Of a DNA stretch of 56,171 bases, positions 49,006-56,171 are shown piece after piece. Source of the stretch: an uncultured Rhodospirillaceae bacterium (GTDB lineage: Bacteria > Pseudomonadota > Alphaproteobacteria > GCA-2731375). Location of the stretch: NCBI GenBank assembly GCA_964462145.1, contig CAYWYB010000001.1:1-56171 (forward strand). Direction: 5' to 3'. Made by a program: the position numbers and the translations under genes. Under the pieces are notes generated by a model that saw only the letters and a program-made list of their open reading frames with translations, was not told the DNA's origin and did no database searches. Numbering within the stretch: position 1 is the stretch's first letter; the number at the start of each line of letters is the position of its first letter.

Positions 49006-49123
49006 TAACATAAAAATTACTTGTTTTGCAAATTTAGGCGCTGGCCGTACTTTCCTCGTCAAGACAACAACGCACCGGGCCACGGGGCCCAGCCCATATC
49101 GATCTAGAGAGAGGAAAAAGACC

Positions 49124-49657
49124 ATGAAATCCGTCCCCAACGTTACCTTCAAGACGCGGGTCCGCAACGACGCCATCGAAGGCCCGAACCCATTCGAATG
49201 GAAGGATCTGAGCAGCGATGAGATATTCAAGGGCAAGCGGGTTGTTCTGTTTGCCTTGCCCGGCGCCTTCACCCCCACCTGTTCGACAAGCCATTTGCCG
49301 CGCTATGAGGAGCTTTACGACCAGTTCACCGCCGAGGGCATCGATCAGATCGTTTGCCTGTCCGTCAACGACGCCTTCGTAATGTACCAATGGGGCGAGT
49401 CTCAAAAGACGAAAAACGTCTTCCTGTTGCCCGACGGTACCGGCGAATTCAGCCGCAAGATGGGCATGCTGGTCGACAAATCGAACCTCGGCTTCGGGAT
49501 GCGCAGCTGGCGTTACGCCATGCTGGTCGAGGACGGCGAAATCGTCACCATGTTCAGCGAGGAAGGTTTCTCCGACAACTGCCCGACCGATCCGTTCGAG
49601 GTTTCCGACGCGGATACCATGCTGGGTTACCTGAAGCAGAACCGACAAGCTGCATAA
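49124..49657 (+). CDS. Peroxiredoxin, Prx5/PrxD subfamily
   Basis: 177 aa with the peroxidatic motif LPGAFTPTCS. A GAGAGAGGAAA Shine-Dalgarno region lies upstream. Confidence 0.88.
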   Translation: MKSVPNVTFKTRVRNDAIEGPNPFEWKDLSSDEIFKGKRVVLFALPGAFTPTCSTSHLPRYEELYDQFTAEGIDQIVCLSVNDAFVMYQWGESQKTKNVFLLPDGTGEFSRKMGMLVDKSNLGFGMRSWRYAMLVEDGEIVTMFSEEGFSDNCPTDPFEVSDADTMLGYLKQNRQAA

Positions 49658-49683
49658 TGCGACGCCATCCGTAAGTTGCGGCC

Positions 49684-49711
49684 CGCCGCCGGTAGATGAG
49701 CGCCGGCGGCG
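49684..49711. terminator. GC-rich hairpin between the convergent peroxiredoxin and DUF2125 genes
   Basis: CGCCGCCGG-N10-CCGGCGGCG forms a 9-bp stem. There is no clear U-tract on either strand. Confidence 0.3.
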
Positions 49712-49737
49712 TGGCCAGGGCCGGGGTTGCGAAGACG

Positions 49738-50739
49738 CTATTGCTCGATGATCGCCGTTAGGCGGGCGATGGCCGCCGGGCCCAGGAACAGCTTGCCGTC
49801 CTGCAGTCGCACCGGCACCGACAGCACGCCGCCTGCCGCCGCCGCCAGCAGGCCCAGCACGGCGCGTGCCGCCACTAGGTGATCCCTGTCCATGGCGCCG
49901 CTGGCGACGGCGATGTCCAGCAGTTGATCATGCCCCTTGATCCGCGCCGTCAGGGCGCCGATGGCCCGCATTTGATCATCCAGGGCCAGGCTGCCGTTGG
50001 CGCTGATATCCATATCGCCCCATTGCAGATGCAACTTGGTGATCTCCAGGGTGCCGCCGTCGTCGCGCCATTGCGCCAGATTTCGTAGTGATGCATCGCC
50101 CTTCAAAAGGCCGGTCACCGTGGTTTGCAGGTCCAGCAGCCTGACCGTATGGGGAAATTCGACGGGCAAGATGCCTGGCTCCAGGTCAAACCCATCGCCG
50201 CGCAGGGCCAAATCGATGCCATCGGGGGCATCCGGGGCGGGGCGGGTATGGATTTGCAGGCGCTTTGCCCGCAATGCGCCCCTATCGTCGAGGCGCAGCC
50301 GAATTTCCTTGCCGTCAACGGATAGGCGCGTGGGTGTGCCCTGGGCGTCGGTTTCCAGGCTAGCCAAGGCCTCGCCGCTATCGAGTGTCAGGTTATGCTG
50401 ACGCGCCTTGTGCATGGCCGCGAACAGATGCTGGCCGGAGAGATCGAACAGTATGTGGCGCGGCTGCCAAGGGTGGGCGACCGCTTTAATATGATCCGTC
50501 TGCCAGTGGAACTCCTGCCGCGGAAGGCGCAGGGCCAGGCGTGGTTCGCTTAGATCAACCCGGATGCGAAAGGGAAAGCCGCTGATTTCCAACGCGCCAT
50601 AGGTCAATTCGTGGGTTTGATTAATCTCGTTGGTGCGGCGCTGTGTTTCCGTGCGCACCTGATCGGCGGTATGGAACCAAAAGCCGCTCCACCCCACCAT
50701 GGCGGCAATGACAACCCCGACCAAAATATAATAGCGCAT
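49738..50739 (-). CDS. DUF2125-like membrane-anchored protein
   Basis: 333 aa with an N-terminal TM segment (YYILVGVVIAAMVGWSGFWF). The layout is typical of alphaproteobacterial DUF2125. The family call is from memory. Confidence 0.55.
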   Translation of the reverse strand: MRYYILVGVVIAAMVGWSGFWFHTADQVRTETQRRTNEINQTHELTYGALEISGFPFRIRVDLSEPRLALRLPRQEFHWQTDHIKAVAHPWQPRHILFDLSGQHLFAAMHKARQHNLTLDSGEALASLETDAQGTPTRLSVDGKEIRLRLDDRGALRAKRLQIHTRPAPDAPDGIDLALRGDGFDLEPGILPVEFPHTVRLLDLQTTVTGLLKGDASLRNLAQWRDDGGTLEITKLHLQWGDMDISANGSLALDDQMRAIGALTARIKGHDQLLDIAVASGAMDRDHLVAARAVLGLLAAAAGGVLSVPVRLQDGKLFLGPAAIARLTAIIEQ

Positions 50740-50805
50740 GGCGCCTCGCTGCTTGTCTATCGAGTATGGTATAAGTCAGCCGTTGAATTTTCCCGGGCGC
50801 CCGAC

Positions 50806-51372
50806 GTGAACATTTCCCCACAACATTACACAATACCTGATCTGACCCTACCCCCGGGTGACTTGTGGGTCTTTGGTTATGGCTCGGTCATGTGGCGGCC
50901 GGGCTTTTCGCATCTGGAACGCCGGGCGGGCCGGGTGCACGGCTATCACCGATCCTTGTGTGTCTGGTCCTGGTATCACAGAGGCACTCAGGAAAATCCG
51001 GGCCTTGTCCTCGGTTTGGATGTTGGCGGCTCATGCCATGGCATTGCCTATCGTATCGCCGCCGCGGACAAGGCCGAGGTGGCGGATTATCTGTATCGCC
51101 GTGAATTGGTCACAGATGGTTACGAGGCCATTCTGCATCAGGTCTATCTGGATGACCGCGCCGTCACCGCGTTGGCTTTTCGCGCCAACCGCCGGCACCC
51201 GCAATATGCCGGCAAACTGGCGCATGACGAGGCTGCCCATACGGTGCGCCGGGCCCAGGGCGCCTCGGGCGCCAATCCCGAATACGTCGAAAGCACCGTG
51301 CAACAGTTACAGGCCATGGGCATCGTCGACCGCGCCCTGCATCGCATCAATCTCCTGGTGCGGGGCGATTAA
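50806..51372 (+). CDS. chaC: ChaC-family gamma-glutamylcyclotransferase
   Basis: A GTG start at 50806 gives a protein containing LWVFGYGSVMWRPGF, the ChaC signature. The ORF-track start at 50611 would overlap the DUF2125 gene. Confidence 0.8.
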   Translation: MNISPQHYTIPDLTLPPGDLWVFGYGSVMWRPGFSHLERRAGRVHGYHRSLCVWSWYHRGTQENPGLVLGLDVGGSCHGIAYRIAAADKAEVADYLYRRELVTDGYEAILHQVYLDDRAVTALAFRANRRHPQYAGKLAHDEAAHTVRRAQGASGANPEYVESTVQQLQAMGIVDRALHRINLLVRGD

Positions 51373-51375
51373 GGT

Positions 51376-51933
51376 CTATTCCGTGCCGAATTCCTTGGCG
51401 TGCAGCCAGGCGCCCAGTTCGCCGGTGGTGCCGTTCTTGTTCCAGGCCTCCAGCATGGCGGGGGCTGCTTCGGCGGCTTTTTGCCAAATCTCCGGCCCGC
51501 CCGTATTGGTCGCCAGTTCCAGGCGGTGACCGTTGGGGTCGAAGCAATAGATCGACTTGAACAGGCTGTGATCGATCGGCCCGATGACATCGACGCCATG
51601 GCTTTCAATGCGTTCCTTGGCCGTCAACAGAGCCTCCATGTCCGGCACCGCAAAGGCGATATGCTGCACCCATTCTGGCGTGTTGGGGTCCTTGCCCTGC
51701 TTGGGTGAATTGGGCAGTTCGAAAAATGCCAGATAGCTGCCGGGCCCAATCTCGAAGAAGATATGCATGTAGGGATCGGGTTCCTTGGTCGAGGGCACCT
51801 GATCCTCGGAAATCGCCATGACATAATCCATGCCGATGACGTTGCTGTAAAAATCCACGGTTTCCTGGGAGTTGTTGCAGCGGTAGGCGACGTGGTGCAG
51901 GCCGGTGGTGACGGACATGGTTGGTTCCCCCAT
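51376..51933 (-). CDS. VOC (glyoxalase/bleomycin resistance/extradiol dioxygenase) family protein
   Basis: 185 aa with a paired beta-alpha-beta-beta-beta module signature (GLHHVAYRC..., VQHIAFAV...). Confidence 0.75.
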   Translation of the reverse strand: MGEPTMSVTTGLHHVAYRCNNSQETVDFYSNVIGMDYVMAISEDQVPSTKEPDPYMHIFFEIGPGSYLAFFELPNSPKQGKDPNTPEWVQHIAFAVPDMEALLTAKERIESHGVDVIGPIDHSLFKSIYCFDPNGHRLELATNTGGPEIWQKAAEAAPAMLEAWNKNGTTGELGAWLHAKEFGTE

Positions 51934-52031
51934 TTATCAATCAGTTGTTGCCATCACTCTAGCAATTCGCTTCCGTGGGTGCGAGGCTTGCCGCTGCAAC
52001 ACCACGTTGCAAACCAATTCAGGGGCTGCCC

Positions 52032-52889
52032 ATGATCGTCGATTGTCACGTCAACCTTTGGAACCCGGAGCACTTCACGCCGCTGTATGCCGAACAGATG
52101 CGCCGCGTCCGCTCGGACGGCGACTACGGTCTTAAGGCCGATGCCGAAACCCTTTATGGCGCCATGGCCGACGTGGACCGGGCCATCATTTTTTCCCCCC
52201 GCTATCGCGATAGTGCGGGGGTGGATGGCGACGATGGGGCGGTGGCCGACGCCGTGGCCCGCTATCCCGACAAGTTCGTCGGCTTCGCCTATGTGGACCC
52301 GCGCCAGGGCGACTGCCTGGAGCAGCTGAGGCATAGCATCGAAGGCTTAGGTCTGAAGGGTGTCAAATACGGTCCGATCTACAATGGTGTTCCTCTGTCC
52401 GACCCGCGCATGACGCCGATCTATGAATATTGCCAGGCCAACGACCTGCCGTTGACCCTGCACATGGGCACGACCTTCGCCGACAATGCGCCGGTGGATC
52501 TTGGCCGCGCCATTCACGTGGACCCCGTCGCCGCGCGCTTTCCCGATTTGAAGATCATCTGCGCCCATATGGGCCATCCCTGGTACGAGGACTGCATCAC
52601 CGTGGTGCGCAAACGGCCCAATGTCTATTGCGAGATTGCGGCGATCTTTTACCGGCCCTGGCAATTCTGGAACATTCTGATCTCGGCCCAGGAATACTCC
52701 ATCACCGACAAGATTTTCTTTGGTACGGATTTTCCGTTTTCACAGGTTGGGGAAAGCTTGGCGGGTCTGGAGAATGTTAATCATGTGATCGCCGACAGCG
52801 GTCTGCCCCGGGTCTCGGACGAGACCATTCAGCGCATCAAGCACGCCAACCCGTTCGAACATTGGTGGCACGGCGCCGGCCCGATCTAG
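52032..52889 (+). CDS. Amidohydrolase-2 (metal-dependent TIM-barrel hydrolase) family protein
   Basis: From the ATG at 52032 it reads MIVDCHVNLW, carrying the H-x-H-type metal motif, followed by LHMG and AHMGHPW. Confidence 0.8.
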   Translation: MIVDCHVNLWNPEHFTPLYAEQMRRVRSDGDYGLKADAETLYGAMADVDRAIIFSPRYRDSAGVDGDDGAVADAVARYPDKFVGFAYVDPRQGDCLEQLRHSIEGLGLKGVKYGPIYNGVPLSDPRMTPIYEYCQANDLPLTLHMGTTFADNAPVDLGRAIHVDPVAARFPDLKIICAHMGHPWYEDCITVVRKRPNVYCEIAAIFYRPWQFWNILISAQEYSITDKIFFGTDFPFSQVGESLAGLENVNHVIADSGLPRVSDETIQRIKHANPFEHWWHGAGPI

Positions 52890-52903
52890 CAGCTTGCCAG
52901 CGC

Positions 52904-53605
52904 CTAAATCGCCAATGTTCCGCCGTTCTTGTTCAGCCAGGCTTGCTGTTCGCGGTAGTTGGGCATCAATCTCGCGACGATGCGCCAGAAATCCGCTGAA
53001 TGATTGTGCTCCAGCAGATGCGACACCTCGTGCGCGACGACGTAATCGACCACCGCCGCCGGTGCCATGACAAGGCGCCAGTTATAGGAAAGTTCACCGC
53101 CACTGCTACAGCTGCCCCAACGGCGTTTATAAGTCTTCACCTTGACCGCGCTTGCCCGAACGCCCAGGCGCCCGCAGCAGCATTCGGTTCTAGCCTGGAA
53201 CTCCTCCAACGCGGCCTGGCGGTACAGTTCATGCAGGCGCTGTTTGACCTTGGCCTGCCTATCCGCGCCCCGCAAACGTTTCGGTATCGTTACAACCAGC
53301 TTGCGCCCAACGATTTCCGCTGGCCAGGGGGCACCGTCAATGATCTTCAGTTCGTGCCCCCGGCCCAGGAATTGATAGATCTCGCCTGTTACATAGGATC
53401 TGGGCGGCGCCTTTGGCCGGGCCGCCTGCTCGGCCAATTTTTTTTCGATCCAGTCCGAATGTTTATGGACCAGGGCGGTGATTTGCCCCTCCGGCGTGCG
53501 GTCGGGGACCATGACCTGGACCTGGCCGTCGCGGATTTGCAGGCACAGGGTCTTGCGCCGGGTTGAGCGTTTCACTTCAAAATGAAAATTCCTGACGAAA
53601 TTCAT
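52904..53605 (-). CDS. M48/YgjP-like (DUF45) zinc metallopeptidase
   Basis: It has the HExxH motif (VVAHEVSHLLEHNHS) near the C-terminus and RRWGSC upstream, as in YgjP-family proteins. Confidence 0.85.
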   Translation of the reverse strand: MNFVRNFHFEVKRSTRRKTLCLQIRDGQVQVMVPDRTPEGQITALVHKHSDWIEKKLAEQAARPKAPPRSYVTGEIYQFLGRGHELKIIDGAPWPAEIVGRKLVVTIPKRLRGADRQAKVKQRLHELYRQAALEEFQARTECCCGRLGVRASAVKVKTYKRRWGSCSSGGELSYNWRLVMAPAAVVDYVVAHEVSHLLEHNHSADFWRIVARLMPNYREQQAWLNKNGGTLAI

Positions 53606-53683
53606 GGCAACCTGCGTGGCGGCGAATCGCGAAATAGGCTACACCAGCTTGGCTATCATTGTCTTTGTAGGAGGAACGCTATC

Positions 53684-54865
53684 ATGGGCAAACCCAAGGT
53701 GCGAACAGGTATCATCGGGGCCGGCTTTGCCGCCAGCTTTCATATCGAAGCGGCCCGGCGTGCCCATAGCGCCGATGTGGAAGTCATTGGCGTCCATTCC
53801 AGAAGCACGGCCAGTACCGAAAGCTTCGCCGAAAAGCACGGTATCGAGGCTTTTTCAACGCTGGACCCTCTATTGGATCAGGTCGATGTCTTGCACGTCT
53901 GCGTTCCCCCTGCCCTGCACGAACCTGTCGCGGTGCAGGCGTTGGCGCGCGGCGTTTTCCCCATTGTCGAGAAACCGTTGACCGGATATTTCGGCGACGG
54001 CGCGGCGAATTTCGATGGCCGCACGGCATCCATGACCGAGGCCCGCACCGGCGCCCTGGCCAGCATCGAGCGCATGCGCGCCGCGGAAGCGGACTCGAAA
54101 GCCCGCATCCTGTACGCCGAAAACTGGGTCTATGCCCCGACAATTCAGAAGGAGCGGGAGATCCTGGAAAAGACCAAGGGACAGATCCTTTGGATGCATG
54201 GGGAGGAGGCCCATTCAGGCTCCCACGCCCCCAGCTATGGCCATTGGGACCAGGCCGGCGGCGGCGCCATGATCGGCAAGGGCTGCCATCCTCTGACCGC
54301 CGCGTTGTACCTGAAAAAGGTCGAAGGCAGGGCGCGCTTTGGCAAATCCATTCGACCCGCCACGGTGACCGCGCGAACCCATGCCATCACCCAGTTAGAG
54401 AACTTTGTCGATACGGGCCATATCCGAGCGGATTACGTGGATATTGAGGATTTCGGCATGATCCACGTCACCTTTCAGGATGGCACCATTGCCACCGTCT
54501 TCGCCTCCGACATCGTCTTGGGCGGCGTGCATAATTGGCTGGAGGTCTGCGCCGGCAATCACCGCACGATCTGCAATCTGAACCCTTCCAATCAGATGCA
54601 GACCTATAACCCTGTGGAAAGCCAATTTGACGACGTCTATGTGGTGGAAAAAATCGGCACCAAACAAGGTTGGGCCAATACCGCCCCCGACGAAGACCAT
54701 TCCCATGGTTTTCCGCAAGAGATCGAGGCCTTCTACCGCACCATCGCCCATGGCGAAGACGTGGAAAGCGACAGCGAACTGGCGGCGGATACCATCGCCA
54801 CGATTTACAGCGGTTATGTCTCCGCCGCCAATGACGGCGCTGCGGAACCGGTCACCCTACTTTAG
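53684..54865 (+). CDS. Gfo/Idh/MocA family oxidoreductase
   Basis: The ATG at 53684 gives MGKPKVRTGIIGAGFAASFH, an N-terminal Rossmann motif. It also has EKP (VEKPL). Confidence 0.85.
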   Translation: MGKPKVRTGIIGAGFAASFHIEAARRAHSADVEVIGVHSRSTASTESFAEKHGIEAFSTLDPLLDQVDVLHVCVPPALHEPVAVQALARGVFPIVEKPLTGYFGDGAANFDGRTASMTEARTGALASIERMRAAEADSKARILYAENWVYAPTIQKEREILEKTKGQILWMHGEEAHSGSHAPSYGHWDQAGGGAMIGKGCHPLTAALYLKKVEGRARFGKSIRPATVTARTHAITQLENFVDTGHIRADYVDIEDFGMIHVTFQDGTIATVFASDIVLGGVHNWLEVCAGNHRTICNLNPSNQMQTYNPVESQFDDVYVVEKIGTKQGWANTAPDEDHSHGFPQEIEAFYRTIAHGEDVESDSELAADTIATIYSGYVSAANDGAAEPVTLL

Positions 54866-54885
54866 AAAACCAAGGAATTAGCAGT

Positions 54886-55683
54886 ATGATCATGAGCAAC
54901 AGCCTGCGGGAAAAACTGGACGCGGGTGCCGCGACCCTTGGCACGCACTTTCTCTCGTCCGATCCGGATATCCCGGAAATCATCGGCGATACGGGCCTGT
55001 TCGATTACGGCGAATATTGCGCCGAGTATTCCGCCTTCGATATGCAGACGCTCAATCATCTGGCCCGCGCCGGCCAGTGCGCCAACCTGCCCCTGATGTT
55101 GAAACCTGATCAGGAGAGCCAGGGCTTTTGGACCCAGGCGGCCATGGGCGCCGGTTTCAAGGCGGTTCTGTTCACGGATATCCGCACAGTGGAGGATGTC
55201 GTCGAATGTCACCGCATCATAGCCGCCGATACGCCCGAGAGGGGCGGTAACATGGGCGTCAAGCTGCGCCGCCCGGCCCTGACCGGCTATCAGCCCGACA
55301 ACTATCTTGCCGACCTGAACAGCTTCGTCTTCACCATCATGATCGAGAAAAATGTCGCCCTGGATGATATTGACGCCATCCTGGAAATGGCCAAGGCCAA
55401 GGGCGTCGCCATGACCCAGTGGGGCCCGGCGGATTTCGGCTTTTCCCGTGGTGAACCAGGCCTGATGCACACGGACGGCATCCGCCCCTTCGAGGAACAG
55501 GTGATCAAAAAATCCATCGAACACGGTGTTGCCCCGCGCATTGAAATCGCTGAGCCGGAACAGGCCAAACGTTACATAGACCTGGGCGTCCGTCATTTCT
55601 GCATCGGCTGGGACCGCTTCATCCTGCAAGCCGGCCTGGCCCGCATCGGCGAAGGCATGCGCAAGGTACTGGAGGACGTCTAG
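54886..55683 (+). CDS. HpcH/HpaI aldolase / citrate-lyase beta family protein (divergent)
   Basis: 265 aa. The N-terminal region aligns with HpaI-like aldolases (LREKLDAG....G....S.DP...E..G..GFDY...). The TIM-barrel length is typical. Confidence 0.65.
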   Translation: MIMSNSLREKLDAGAATLGTHFLSSDPDIPEIIGDTGLFDYGEYCAEYSAFDMQTLNHLARAGQCANLPLMLKPDQESQGFWTQAAMGAGFKAVLFTDIRTVEDVVECHRIIAADTPERGGNMGVKLRRPALTGYQPDNYLADLNSFVFTIMIEKNVALDDIDAILEMAKAKGVAMTQWGPADFGFSRGEPGLMHTDGIRPFEEQVIKKSIEHGVAPRIEIAEPEQAKRYIDLGVRHFCIGWDRFILQAGLARIGEGMRKVLEDV

Positions 55684-55857
55684 ACCGCTTTCTATGTTCA
55701 TCGAATTGCCGAGCTGACCGCGCCACGAGTTGGGGACCCACGGGATTATGATGACTGGGTGGCCGGGAGGGGGAGCGGGTGGCTTGGCGATTCGGTGAAT
55801 ATGGAAGATGGTCTAGGCTCACGATCCGGCGGCCAGACGTAATGATATCCTCTTAAT

Positions 55858-56091
55858 TCAGGCCTTTTCGACGACCAAAAGATGCGGTCCATCCGGGTTG
55901 GCGGCATCTTCGGGCTCCAGGGAAATAACCTTATGACCATGTTCGCGCACGGAACGCGGCACATTCTGTAATGGCTCCATGCCCTGCAAGCGAACGGTCG
56001 CCCGCTCCCCCGATACCATGGATTCGATCAATAGTTTCGTTCGAACAAAGGTCATCGGACAAATTTGCGCTGTTATGTCTAGAAAATTCAT
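55858..56091 (-). CDS. TusA/SirA-like sulfur-carrier family protein
   Basis: MNFLDITAQICPMTFVRTK fits the D-x(5)-CP motif of the TusA family. The start is at 56091 or 56115. Confidence 0.65.
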   Translation of the reverse strand: MNFLDITAQICPMTFVRTKLLIESMVSGERATVRLQGMEPLQNVPRSVREHGHKVISLEPEDAANPDGPHLLVVEKA

Positions 56092-56171
56092 TATTATGTC
56101 CGTTTTCGCACCCAATAGCTTGTGTAACCTGACGTCTGGAAATTCTTTTGGAGTTTGCGCTTTGTCCCACA

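Noticed and set aside
55684-55857. A 174-bp G-rich non-coding stretch between the convergent HpcH-family and TusA-like genes, considered as a gene remnant or RNA.
   Set aside because: I found no hairpins, repeats or credible ORFs. The longest ATG frame is about 16 codons, and the track ORFs 55619..55822 and 55746..55964 overlap real genes out of frame.

Overview
This is a GC-rich, gene-dense window that looks like alphaproteobacterial core chromosome, with gene order reminiscent of Rhodospirillales. That taxonomic guess comes from gene content only. I support about 58 protein-coding genes. I recognised no rRNA, tRNA, CRISPR array, integrase, transposase or known defence genes.

Gene content, in order:
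- SDR and TetR genes, then a pair of secreted proteins.
- A co-directional nrdJ / plsC / ydcF / ftsX / ftsE block.
- A zinc-ribbon/DUF3426 gene, hpt and a cpdR-like regulator.
- An enolase-superfamily gene, dcd, and a PAS histidine kinase with a divergent receiver gene.
- Dienelactone hydrolase, an SGNH hydrolase, and a DnaB_C-only ATPase coupled to tldD.
- A complete aa3 cytochrome oxidase cluster: ctaC-ctaD-ctaB-(44-aa ORF)-ctaG-ctaE-DUF983-SURF1.
- M32 carboxypeptidase, thrC, M16 peptidase, GNAT, YggU and a PAS-GGDEF-EAL protein.
- A roughly 10-kb enzyme island (33.2-43.0 kb). It holds an orphan ABC permease, two paralogous polysaccharide-deacetylase genes, two tandemly duplicated SMP-30/gluconolactonase genes, two LLM oxidoreductases, a PPOX-family protein, an acyl-CoA dehydrogenase, a MaoC dehydratase and GFA.
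- metXW, then a chorismate mutase / hisC / tyrC operon, and an oxyR-like gene divergent from a peroxiredoxin.
- DUF2125, ChaC, VOC, amidohydrolase, M48/DUF45, Gfo/Idh/MocA, an HpcH-family aldolase and a TusA-like gene.

I see no convincing self-contained novel system. The best leads are:
- The tldD / DnaB_C-only ATPase pair.
- An orphan minus-strand terminator with stacked hairpins in the 370-bp tldD/ctaC spacer, which could be an sRNA or a leader.
- A perfect FNR/FixK-type box upstream of ctaC.
- The enzyme island, which contains actinobacterial-looking F420-type LLM and PPOX genes.
- A decaying 13-bp tandem repeat array and a structured metX leader.
- A one-cysteine OxyR-like regulator.

All family calls rest on motif recognition by eye and need HMM or BLAST confirmation.
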